A stretch of 64,000 bases of DNA, from positions 117,244-181,243 of the forward strand of contig CAVSAJ010000004.1 in assembly GCA_963725895.1 (NCBI GenBank), in the 5' to 3' direction. This stretch comes from an uncultured Acidimicrobiaceae bacterium. GTDB taxonomy: Bacteria; Actinomycetota; Acidimicrobiia; Acidimicrobiales; RAAP-2. The position numbers and the translations under genes were made by a program. The notes below the pieces were generated by a model. That model ran no database searches and had not been told where the DNA came from. It worked only from the letters and a program-made list of their open reading frames with translations. Shown here in pieces: positions 39,361 through 47,874 of the stretch; positions within the stretch are counted from its first letter, which is position 1; each line of letters starts with the position of its first letter.

Positions 39361-40407
39361 ATGGAGGGATCTACGCCAGATCGGGTAAACCCGAACGAGA
39401 GCGCGAGCCTGGAAGATGTCTTTCGGTCGCGCAGCTTCGGGCGCCCGCCCCCTGACGCCGCAGCCGCTGTGGCTCCCCTGGCCGCGGCTGCGGTTCGTCA
39501 GGCGCGCCCGGGTTTCCTCCCGCGGAACCCCTTCATCGCGTCCGTAGCGGCCGCCGCAGCGGCCGGCTCGGTCGTCGCGGGCCTCGTGTTCGGACCCGGG
39601 CCGATCATCCAACCTCTCGTCTCTGCACAGTCTCCCGGTCCCGGCCCGAGCGACGTGCCGAACTTCACGCCCTCGCTGTCCCCGCCACAAGGTGGCGCGC
39701 CGGCGTCGCCTGGCGGGAGCGGCCTCGCCGCGGACTCGACACCGTCGTCGACGTCCGGCTCGGGTTCGTCAGCGTCGTCTGGGGCCGTCTTCGCCGTGGT
39801 ATCGGTGACGAAGCCGTCAGGCGGTTCGCCCGCGCCGGCGAGCACCGTTGCCGGCGTCGGCACCGGTGCGTCCGGAGGCGGGTCAACCACGTCCACGACG
39901 ACGCCGCCAACGACGACCACGGTGTCCAGTTCGCCACCGCAAGGGGGCGGCACCGGCACGAGCGGGGGTGGCACCGGTACGAGCGGCAGCGGGACAGGTA
40001 CAGGCGGGGGCGGCACCGGCACGAGCGGGAGTGGCACAGGTACGAGCGGGGGCGGCACCGGCACGAGCGGGGGTGGCACAGGTACGAGCGGCGGCGGCGG
40101 CACCAGCACGTCTTCGGGAGGAAGCGGCAGCGGCGGCGGTCAGGGCAACGGAAACGGCGGCGGCCAAGGCAACGGATGTGGCGGTGGTGGTGGCGGCAAC
40201 GGCGGCGGCGGATGGGGCAACGGCGGCGGCGGTAACGGCGGCGGCGGTAACGGTGGCGGCGGATGGGGCAACGGCGGCGGTGGTAACGGTGGCGGCGGCA
40301 ACGGATGGGGCAACGGCGGCGGCGGTAACGGTGGCGGCGGATGGGGCAACGGCGGCGGCAACGCCAACGGCGCCGGCGGATGGGGGGACGGCGGCCAGGG
40401 TCACTGA
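39361..40407 (+). CDS. Membrane-anchored glycine-repeat protein (unique N-terminus, 1 TM, S/T/P linker, GGGTGTSG repeats, then GNGGGG(W) repeats)
   Basis: ATG 39361 is preceded by GGAGGA 5 nt upstream. The TM is FIASVAAAAAAGSVVAGLVFG. The repeat region is open in all six frames, so the frame is chosen by continuity with the non-repetitive N-terminus. Confidence 0.55.
   Translation: MEGSTPDRVNPNESASLEDVFRSRSFGRPPPDAAAAVAPLAAAAVRQARPGFLPRNPFIASVAAAAAAGSVVAGLVFGPGPIIQPLVSAQSPGPGPSDVPNFTPSLSPPQGGAPASPGGSGLAADSTPSSTSGSGSSASSGAVFAVVSVTKPSGGSPAPASTVAGVGTGASGGGSTTSTTTPPTTTTVSSSPPQGGGTGTSGGGTGTSGSGTGTGGGGTGTSGSGTGTSGGGTGTSGGGTGTSGGGGTSTSSGGSGSGGGQGNGNGGGQGNGCGGGGGGNGGGGWGNGGGGNGGGGNGGGGWGNGGGGNGGGGNGWGNGGGGNGGGGWGNGGGNANGAGGWGDGGQGH
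39943..40395. repeat. Tandem GC-rich coding repeats (about 24-nt GGCGGCACCGGCACGAGCGGGGGT units, then 15-18-nt GGCAACGGCGGCGGCGG(A TGG) units)
   Basis: Seen directly in the nucleotide sequence. Unit variants differ mainly at third codon positions of the + frame. Confidence 0.8.
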
Positions 40408-40491
40408 GCTGTCGATGCGCCCGGACGCCCTCGAGGCTGGTAAGTATGCGGGTACCGGCGGTCCAGCGCGCCGGTGCGAGCGAGGTCAGCC

Positions 40492-41472
40492 ATGAACTAC
40501 ACGAATCTGGGCACAGCGGGTCTGCGGGTCTCGAGGGTTTGCCTCGGGATGATGGGCTTCGGCAATGACAGTGACCGGGCGTGGGTGATTGACGAAGACG
40601 CAGCTGAGTCGATCGTCAAGGCCGCCGTCGAGGGCGGCGTGACCTTCTTCGACACCGCGGACGCCTATTCGGGGGGCGCCAGCGAAGTTGCGACCGGCAG
40701 GCTGGTGCCGAAGTTCTTGAGTCGCGACGAGGTCGTCATCGCCACGAAGGTGTTCATGCCGGTGACGGCGGGCGAGAACGGCGGTGGGCTGGGTCGCAAG
40801 CACATCTTGTCGGGGATCGACGCCTCACTGCGGCGTCTCAACACCGACTACGTCGACCTCTACCAGATTCACCGGTGGGACCCACGGACGCCCATTGAGG
40901 AGACAATGGAGGCGTTGCACGACGTCGTGCGCGCCGGGAAGGCCCGCTATATCGGGGCCAGCAGCATGTTCGCCTGGCAGTTCGCCAAGGCTCAGCACAC
41001 CGCGGAGGTGCATGGCTGGACGAGGTTCGTCTCCATGCAGAACCACTACAACCTGATCTACCGCGAGGAAGAGCGCGAGATGATCCCGCTGTGTCTCGAC
41101 CAAGGAGTCGGCTGTATTCCGTGGAGCCCGCTCGCCCGCGGCGTGCTCGCCGGCAATCGATCCCGCGGCGGTGACCGTCACACGACGCGCTCGAGCACGG
41201 ACCCCTTCACGGACTACCTCTATGGCCAACCCACCGACTTCGACGTGGTCGACGCGGTGGGAGAAGTCGCCGCAGCGCGCGGCGCCCCCTCCGCACAGGT
41301 GGCGCTGGCGTGGCTGCTGGCCAAGCCGGGCGTGACGGCGCCCATCGTCGGCTCCACGAAAAAGAAGCATCTGAAGGATGCGCTCGCCGCGGAGCAGTTG
41401 GTGTTGTCGCAGGACGAGATCGCCCAGCTCGAGAAGCCCTACGTGCCGCATCCCGTTCTCGGGCACTTCTAG
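40492..41472 (+). CDS. Aldo/keto reductase
   Basis: MNYTNLGTAGLRVSRVCLGMMGFG, FFDTADAYSGG, DLYQIHRWD and IVGSTKKKHL motifs. Confidence 0.9.
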   Translation: MNYTNLGTAGLRVSRVCLGMMGFGNDSDRAWVIDEDAAESIVKAAVEGGVTFFDTADAYSGGASEVATGRLVPKFLSRDEVVIATKVFMPVTAGENGGGLGRKHILSGIDASLRRLNTDYVDLYQIHRWDPRTPIEETMEALHDVVRAGKARYIGASSMFAWQFAKAQHTAEVHGWTRFVSMQNHYNLIYREEEREMIPLCLDQGVGCIPWSPLARGVLAGNRSRGGDRHTTRSSTDPFTDYLYGQPTDFDVVDAVGEVAAARGAPSAQVALAWLLAKPGVTAPIVGSTKKKHLKDALAAEQLVLSQDEIAQLEKPYVPHPVLGHF

Positions 41473-41541
41473 CGGAGCGGGCCGAAGACCGTCAGGTAGG
41501 GTCGCCGACGGGTTGTACCCGCACGAGAGATCGGGGGTGGC

Positions 41542-43089
41542 ATGAGGGTCGCGCTGACGGTGGGCGATTTTCTCAATCGCGCGGCACTCGCCTACGGACA
41601 GCGCGTCGCACTGGTGGACGAGCCCGGCGCGGCCGGCTCGCTCGGCACGCAGACCTATGCGGAGCTCGAGGCACGTGCACGTGGGATGGCGCTGGCCTTC
41701 GACGATCTCGGCGTGAGCCATGGTGAGCGCGTCGCCATCGTCAGCCCGAACTCAGGCCGCTTCCTCACGTCGTACTTCGGCGTCAGCGGCTACGGGCGCG
41801 TCCTCGTTCCGATCAACTTCCGGCTCACCGCCGACGAGATCGCCTACATCGTCGAGCACTCCGGCGCGTCAGTCCTCCTGTACGACCCCGATGTCACGGA
41901 CGAGGTGGACACCATCAAGGTGAGCCACCGCTTCTGCCTGGACGGGGTCGAGGACGCCACTTTGTTTGCGCCGGCACCCGAAGGGGTCGCGCCCCACCCG
42001 TGGCAGGCCGACGAGGACGCCAGCTGCTCGGTGAATTACACGTCGGGCACGACGGCCCGGCCCAAGGGGGTGCAGCTCACGCAGCGCAACTGCTGGCTGA
42101 ACGCGGCGACGTTCGGGTGGCACACCGGCGTCAGCGACCGCGACGTGCTGTTGCACACGCTCCCCATGTTCCACTGCAACGGGTGGGGTATGCCGTATGC
42201 GGTGACCGGCATGGGTGGCACCCACGTCGTGCTGCGCAAGGTGGACGGTGAAGAGATTCTCTCTCGCGTCGAGCGCCACGGCGTGACGCTGCTCTGCGGT
42301 GCGCCCGCCGTGGTCGCGGCCGTGTTGGCGGGAGCCGAGGCCCGGGCGGCCGCAGGACGGCCCGTGCCCGGACGGGGCACCGTGCGCATCGTCGTCGCCG
42401 GCGCGCCGCCGCCCTCCAAGACGATCGAGCGGGTGGAGTCCGAACTGGGCTGGGAGTTCATCCAGATCTACGGGCTCACCGAGACCGCCCCGCTGCTGAC
42501 CATCAACCGTGCGCCGGCCGAGTGGGACCATCTCGATCCCGGGGAGCGATCGGTGTTACTGGCTCGTGCCGGTGTGCCCGCCGTCGGCGTGCAGATCGAC
42601 GTCGACTCCCACGGTGAGGTCCTGGCCCGCTCCAACCACGTGTTCGCCGGCTATTGGGAGCAGCCACGCGAGTCGGCCGAAGCGCTCGACGGTGGCTGGT
42701 TCCACACGGGGGACGGTGGCTATCTCGACGGCGCCTACGTGGTCATCTCGGATCGCAAGAAGGACGTCATCATCACGGGCGGCGAGAACGTGTCTTCCAT
42801 CGAGGTCGAGGATTGCTTGTACCAACATCCCGCTGTCGCCGAGGTGGCCGTGATCGGCGTGCCGGACGAGAAGTGGGGAGAAACGATCAAGGCCCTCGTC
42901 GTGGTCCGCGAGGGCCACGACGTGAGCGAGGCGGACCTCATTGCGCACTGCCGGGAACGGCTGGCGCACTTCAAGGCCCCGACGAGTGTTGAGATGCGCG
43001 ATGCGCTGGACCGCACAGCGACGGGCAAGCTCCAGAAGTACAAGTTGCGCCAGCCCTACTGGACCGGCCGGGAGCGCCTCGTCAACTAG
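41542..43089 (+). CDS. AMP-dependent acyl-CoA synthetase/ligase (FadD-like)
   Basis: AMP-binding box VNYTSGTTARPKGV, then YGLTET, WFHTGDGGYLD and ISDRKKDVIITGGENV. Confidence 0.85.
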   Translation: MRVALTVGDFLNRAALAYGQRVALVDEPGAAGSLGTQTYAELEARARGMALAFDDLGVSHGERVAIVSPNSGRFLTSYFGVSGYGRVLVPINFRLTADEIAYIVEHSGASVLLYDPDVTDEVDTIKVSHRFCLDGVEDATLFAPAPEGVAPHPWQADEDASCSVNYTSGTTARPKGVQLTQRNCWLNAATFGWHTGVSDRDVLLHTLPMFHCNGWGMPYAVTGMGGTHVVLRKVDGEEILSRVERHGVTLLCGAPAVVAAVLAGAEARAAAGRPVPGRGTVRIVVAGAPPPSKTIERVESELGWEFIQIYGLTETAPLLTINRAPAEWDHLDPGERSVLLARAGVPAVGVQIDVDSHGEVLARSNHVFAGYWEQPRESAEALDGGWFHTGDGGYLDGAYVVISDRKKDVIITGGENVSSIEVEDCLYQHPAVAEVAVIGVPDEKWGETIKALVVVREGHDVSEADLIAHCRERLAHFKAPTSVEMRDALDRTATGKLQKYKLRQPYWTGRERLVN

Positions 43090-44285
43090 TCCTGGTCGGA
43101 TCCGTCGCCTTGGGCATCTGTCAGGGGACTGGGCCGGTGTGAGCGCTCTTCGAGGACGAGATGGCCGCGCCCGTCGAACGCGGCGGCAACGTCGCCGGCG
43201 ATGAGGCGGCGCAGCGGGCTGCCGACGATGTCGCGTCTCCATCCCGTATCGAGACGGCCCGCCTCACCGCAGAGAAGCTGCGCAATGTCCGCCCGCGTCG
43301 CCAGCAGCCCCTGGTCGAAATTGAGGTCGTCGGCAATCTGACGGACCAGTCCGGAGCAGACGGCGACCATCGCCGCCCGAGCCGGCGCGTCGCGGTTGTC
43401 GGCGGGCATGTGGATCTCGCCCGCAGGCAGCGCGAGGCCCCGCTCGACCGCGGCCAGGATCTCGGCCGCCCGGCCCTGCGCGAGATGGCGGCCGTCCACC
43501 CCGCGCGTCTGGCGGAGCTCGCCGCCGGAGTGTGGCGGCCTTTGTGAGATGGCGAGCAACCCGAGGTCCGAGAGCACCATGCGCCGTGGGCGATTGGTCT
43601 CGGCAGCAGTTCGTTCACGCCAGGCCGCGACCTCCTGGGCCACGGCACGCGACTTGCGCGACATGCTGCGAATGTCGCCCAGCTTCCACCATGCCTCTTC
43701 GGGCACGCGGGCCGGGGTGCGGTCACCGAGCACCTGCGCGCATTCGTTGAGCGCCCACTCGAGTCGACCGAGTGCCTGCAAGCGCTCGGTCAGGATCGAT
43801 CGCAACTCCAGCAGGTGGGCGACGTCGCTCACTGCATAGGTGATTTGGCGTTCGCTGATCGGCCGAACCAGCCAATCGGAGAGTCGGTCGGCCTTGGGGA
43901 GCGTCGTGCCGAGCACCTGGTCGACCAGCCGGGCGAGCGAGGGCGTTGACATGCCGAGGAAGCCGGCGACGATCTGCGTGTCGAAGACCGTTGCGGGGAC
44001 GGCACCACACGCTGCCTGCAACACGTCGAGATCCTGAAAGGCCGCGTGCGCGACGGCGATACCCGGTCCGTTGAAGAGCGCCGCCAGTGGCTCGGGATCG
44101 ACGGCGAGCGGGTCCACCAACGCCACCTTGTCGGCCCACGCGATCTGGATCAGCGCGAGGTCAGGGACATACGTGCGCTCGGTGTGGAACTCGGTGTCGA
44201 AGGCGTAGTACTCCTCTCCGGTCACAGCCAGGACCAGCTCGTCCAGACTGCGTCGATCCACCACAATGACCGCGGGCGCGCTCAT
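43086..44285 (-). CDS. rnd: Ribonuclease D (DEDD 3'-5' exonuclease plus HRDC)
   Basis: YAFDTEFHTERTY (ExoI), AHAAFQDLDVL (ExoII), YAVSDVAHLLEL (ExoIII), and HRDC-like AVAQEVAAWRE. Confidence 0.85.
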   Translation of the reverse strand: MSAPAVIVVDRRSLDELVLAVTGEEYYAFDTEFHTERTYVPDLALIQIAWADKVALVDPLAVDPEPLAALFNGPGIAVAHAAFQDLDVLQAACGAVPATVFDTQIVAGFLGMSTPSLARLVDQVLGTTLPKADRLSDWLVRPISERQITYAVSDVAHLLELRSILTERLQALGRLEWALNECAQVLGDRTPARVPEEAWWKLGDIRSMSRKSRAVAQEVAAWRERTAAETNRPRRMVLSDLGLLAISQRPPHSGGELRQTRGVDGRHLAQGRAAEILAAVERGLALPAGEIHMPADNRDAPARAAMVAVCSGLVRQIADDLNFDQGLLATRADIAQLLCGEAGRLDTGWRRDIVGSPLRRLIAGDVAAAFDGRGHLVLEERSHRPSPLTDAQGDGSDQD

Positions 44286-44635
44286 CGGGCCCGCTCCGTC
44301 AGTGGCGGGCGCAAGCTTGCGTTCGCCCGATCAAGATGGAAGAGAAAGCGGATGATGGCGATCAACCCCGAGTCGTTTGACACGTGCGCGCTCACGCACT
44401 GCGGTTGCGCCGGCCGACGTCCTGGCCACAGAGAGGTTCCCCGCGCGACCGCGGGCGAGGATACCGCAGGGCACCAGTCGCGCGGCGCGGAAGTCGCTAC
44501 ACTGAGATGTCGACGCGGGCCCGCATCGGCCCTGGTAGGAGCGTGTGGCGGCGAGATGATGATTTACGGCTCTGTTTCACCCGCCGGCGAACCGATAAGA
44601 GTGAGTAGTGCGCGCGTGAGGGGGAAGGCCTAGAG

Positions 44636-45298
44636 ATGGCCAACGAGAACCTTGGCGGAGACGGCTTCGAGGATGACGCCGAGTCCGCGCGGGTTGCGGA
44701 CGAGGGGGCACCTCCGGAAGGGACGGACACGGGCGGGCAGACGCGCACGGTCGAGTCCATGCTGCAGGAGATCAGCTCGACGAGTGGCGACGCACCGTCC
44801 GCGGCGCCCGGCATGGGCAAGTACGACCAGCTCTGGCAACTCTCGATGGCCGACCCACACACCGGCCTGGCCAACCAACTCCTCTTGCTCGACAGGCTCA
44901 CCCAGGCGTTGGCGCGCCGGCGCCGACACGGGGGTGAGGTGGTCGTGTGTCACATCAATCTCGACAACCTGGCCGAGATCAATCTCGACCTCGGCTACAC
45001 AATCGGCAACACCGTCCTGTGCGATATGTCCCGCCGGCTCACCTCGGTCCTGCGCGCCGAGGACACGGTGGGGCGTGTCGGGGGGAGCGAGCTCGTCGTC
45101 GTGGTCGCAGTCAACGACGAGCAGGCGGTGGGACCTCTCATGCGCCGCCTGCAGCACACCCTCGACGAACCCGTCGTGGTGAGCGGCAAGGGCATCCGAT
45201 TGCATGCCTCACTCGGCGTGGCGATCGCCGAGGATGCCGAATCGGCTGAGGAAGTCCTGGCCCGGGCGGATCGCTCCACCCGCGTCACGAAGCGCTAG
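44636..45298 (+). CDS. Stand-alone degenerate GGDEF-domain protein (GGSEL in place of GGDEF, RxxD I-site retained)
   Basis: DPHTGLANQ...INLDNLAEINLDLGYTIGNTVL...RAEDTVGRVGGSELVVV...SLGVA. RBS GGGGGAAGG lies upstream of the ATG. Confidence 0.8.
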   Translation: MANENLGGDGFEDDAESARVADEGAPPEGTDTGGQTRTVESMLQEISSTSGDAPSAAPGMGKYDQLWQLSMADPHTGLANQLLLLDRLTQALARRRRHGGEVVVCHINLDNLAEINLDLGYTIGNTVLCDMSRRLTSVLRAEDTVGRVGGSELVVVVAVNDEQAVGPLMRRLQHTLDEPVVVSGKGIRLHASLGVAIAEDAESAEEVLARADRSTRVTKR

Positions 45299-45437
45299 GG
45301 AGCTCGTCGGCCGAGGTCCGGCAGCGATCCCAACGACCGCTGGGCATGGGGTTGGCAGGCTGGGAGAACTGGTCCAGGGCGAAAACAGGAGTATCGGCTC
45401 TATTGGCGACGCCCAATTCCAGCGAAAATTATTGGGA

Positions 45438-45776
45438 ATGTCGATGTACAGCGAGCTCCTCTCAGGCGTGTGTGCCGAGGTCGATCCCCTGCCGCTGCCG
45501 TCATCCAGGGACGACCTGGTCGTGATCCTTTTGCAATGCCGCCAGCGGCTGCAGCCGCATGGCGCCGACGGCGGTCAAGTCATGCGGGAGGACCTGGCGC
45601 TCGAGTTGGACCACGACCGCATGCTGCTGCGCCTGTGCAGGGCAATGGGCATCGAGAGCGACCCCAGCCGCTTCGCCAACCCGCTGGCCGAGCGCGGGCG
45701 CCTCGAAGACCTCCTGCGCGACGCCGGCGTCGATTTCCGGACGCTGGACGATCACCGTCGGGTCAAAGTCGCGTAG
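45438..45776 (+). CDS. Hypothetical 112-aa protein
   Basis: The ATG follows an AT-rich spacer. Translation MSMYSELLSGVCAEVDPLPLP...LLRLCRAMGIESDPSRF has balanced composition and GC3-rich codons. No family is recognised. Confidence 0.4.
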   Translation: MSMYSELLSGVCAEVDPLPLPSSRDDLVVILLQCRQRLQPHGADGGQVMREDLALELDHDRMLLRLCRAMGIESDPSRFANPLAERGRLEDLLRDAGVDFRTLDDHRRVKVA

Positions 45777-45810
45777 GCGTTCTCGCCGGGCGGCCCTCAA
45801 CGCACCTGGC

Positions 45811-46467
45811 TCAAGTTCTGGGGTTGCCGGACTTCCGTTCGGCGAGCACCGCTGCGTAGACCGCCGCCTCTGTTCGTCGGCGCATCCCCAGCTTGGAGAG
45901 CAGGCTCGAGACGTAGTTCTTGACCGTGGCTTCGGCCAGGAAGAGCTGCTCGGCGATCTGCCGGTTGGACTGGCCCTGGGCGATGAGCTCGAGGACCTTT
46001 CGTTCCTGGGGCGTGAGCACCGTGAGGCGGGACTCGGCCTCTTGGTCCTTGCGCAGCCGTTCGAAGAGCTCTTGGGTGAGTGCGGGGTCGAGGAGGGACA
46101 TACCCTGGTTCACCCGGCGGATGTCGCCGAGGAGGTCGCCGCCCCCCACCTCCTTCAAGACGTAGCCGGATGCCCCCGCCATGATGGATGAGAACAGCGC
46201 GTCGTCGTCCGAGTACGAGGTGAGCATGAGGCAGCGGACCTGCGGCACGACTGACTGGATCTCCCGGCACACCTCGATCCCGTTGCCGTCCGGGAGGCGG
46301 ACGTCGAGGATGGCGACGTCGGGCTCGAGGTCACGGATCAACTTGAGCCCTTGCTCTGCCGTCCCGGCCTCGCCGACGACCTCCATGTCGTCCTCGGCCT
46401 CGAGCAGTGTTCGCAGGCCGGTCCGCACCAGCTCGTGATCGTCGAGGACGAAAACCCGAATGGCCAT
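45811..46467 (-). CDS. NarL/LuxR-family response regulator
   Basis: REC domain IRVFVLDDHELVR...DVAILDVRLPDGNG...LMLTS. LuxR HTH LTPQERKVLELIAQGQSNRQIAEQLFLAEATVKNYVSSLLSKLG. The longer ORF to 46881 is not protein-like. Confidence 0.9.
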   Translation of the reverse strand: MAIRVFVLDDHELVRTGLRTLLEAEDDMEVVGEAGTAEQGLKLIRDLEPDVAILDVRLPDGNGIEVCREIQSVVPQVRCLMLTSYSDDDALFSSIMAGASGYVLKEVGGGDLLGDIRRVNQGMSLLDPALTQELFERLRKDQEAESRLTVLTPQERKVLELIAQGQSNRQIAEQLFLAEATVKNYVSSLLSKLGMRRRTEAAVYAAVLAERKSGNPRT

Positions 46468-46576
46468 CTGCTCAATACTGCCACGGGCATCGACGGATCT
46501 GGACACATCGTGGCCTCCCCAAGTGCCATACGCAGAGGCCACGCACGCGTGGGCGTCGCATCTATCCTGGCGGGCC

Positions 46577-47719
46577 GTGCAGCCCTTCGACCGGATCGAC
46601 GATCCTGCAAAGCTCCGTCGCCTGGTCCAGGCCATCCTGATCCTCGACGCGGAGCTCCACCTGCCTGTGGTCCTGCGACGGATCATCGAAGAGGCGTGCG
46701 ATCTCGTGGACGCGCAGTACGGGGCGCTCGGCGTGCTGACCGAGGACGGGCGGGCGCTCGACGAGTTCCTCACCGTCGGCCTCTCCAGCGAAGAGGAACA
46801 GGCCATCGGTCCTCGACCCACCGGGCGGGGGGTGCTGGGCACGCTCATCGCCGACGACAAGCCCCTCCGGCTGTCCGACATCGCGGCCAGCCCCGACAGC
46901 TACGGCACGCCGGCCAACCATCCCGAGATGACGTCGTTTCTCGGAGTGCCCGTCAGGGTGCACGGCGAGGTCTATGGGAATCTCTACCTGACCAACAAAA
47001 GGAACGCTCCAGAGTTCTCCGACGACGACGAGGAACTCGTGGTCGCGCTGGCCATGGCCGCTGGTATCGCCATCGAAAACGCGAGGCTCCACGGCCTCGT
47101 ACGTGACCGGGCCTTGACCGAGGACCGGGACCGGATCGCCCGCGACCTGCACGACTCGGTCATCCAGCGCCTCTTCGCCATAGGGCTGTCGTTGCAAGGG
47201 ACGGCGCGGCTCGTGGAGCGGCCCGAGGCGGTCATGCGAATCGGAGAGGCGATCGACAAGTTGGACGACACGATCCGGCAGTTGCGCAAGGCGATCTTCG
47301 ACATTGAGCTCACCATCAACAAAGAGGGCCTGCATCCCAAGGTGCTCGATCTCGTTCACGAGCTGCGGCCGGTGCTCGGCCTGTTGCCGCAGGTCTCATT
47401 CAGCGGCCCGGTCGACATCGTGGTGACGGGCTCCTTGGCGGAGGAGGTGTTGATGGTCTTGCGCGAGGCACTCACGAACGTGGGAAAGCATGCCCGCGCC
47501 TCCCAGGTCGTCATCACCATCGCAGCCGGCGACGAACTCCGTGTGGTGGTGGCCGACGACGGGCACGGCATGGGGGAGGCGTATTCGTCCGGGCACGGCC
47601 TCAAGAACATCCGCCAACGCGCGGAGCGGCTGGGCGGCGACATGGACTTCGGGACGTCCCGGGAAGGTGGCACGAGGCTCACGTGGCACGTCCCCCTCGA
47701 GTCGGCGGCCGCGACCTAA
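46577..47719 (+). CDS. GAF-domain sensor histidine kinase (HisKA_3 / HATPase_c), soluble
   Basis: GAF region: DAQYGALGVL...FLGVPVRVHGEVYGNLYLTNK. H-box: DRDRIARDLHDSVIQRLFA. ATPase: LREALTNVGKHA, DDGHGM, GHGLKNIRQRAE. GTG 46577 is preferred; the ORF is open from ATG 46460. Confidence 0.85.
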   Translation: MQPFDRIDDPAKLRRLVQAILILDAELHLPVVLRRIIEEACDLVDAQYGALGVLTEDGRALDEFLTVGLSSEEEQAIGPRPTGRGVLGTLIADDKPLRLSDIAASPDSYGTPANHPEMTSFLGVPVRVHGEVYGNLYLTNKRNAPEFSDDDEELVVALAMAAGIAIENARLHGLVRDRALTEDRDRIARDLHDSVIQRLFAIGLSLQGTARLVERPEAVMRIGEAIDKLDDTIRQLRKAIFDIELTINKEGLHPKVLDLVHELRPVLGLLPQVSFSGPVDIVVTGSLAEEVLMVLREALTNVGKHARASQVVITIAAGDELRVVVADDGHGMGEAYSSGHGLKNIRQRAERLGGDMDFGTSREGGTRLTWHVPLESAAAT

Positions 47720-47874
47720 CGACTCGGCTCGAGTCCCATGACTCCTCCGTCTCGTCACGATACCGGCTACCGGGGAGGGCGCAGAATGCGGAAACTCCTC
47801 AACCCTCCACAGAGGCGATGGGGGTCCTAGCATCGGGCTGACAAACGGCTGACTTGGCCGCGACGGCCGGGGGC

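Noticed and set aside
38985-39455. A 156-aa ORF in the gap upstream of the glycine-repeat gene
   Set aside because: No RBS, heterogeneous codon bias and no recognisable family. Its 3' end overlaps the better-supported start of the repeat gene. It is kept only as a possibility within the gap finding.
44286-44635. The 350-bp spacer upstream of the GGDEF-like gene as a riboswitch (c-di-GMP, cobalamin, ydaO types considered)
   Set aside because: I could not find the conserved core sequences of any riboswitch class I remember. A covariance-model scan would be needed before any claim.
46460-46467. The palindrome ATGGCCAT, which would give the divergent regulator and kinase overlapping start codons, both proteins beginning MAI
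   Set aside because: It is attractive, but the first 39 residues of the kinase ORF are not protein-like. A GTG at 46577 precedes the GAF domain and leaves a normal 110-bp divergent promoter. The coincidence follows from the palindromic nature of ATGGCCAT.
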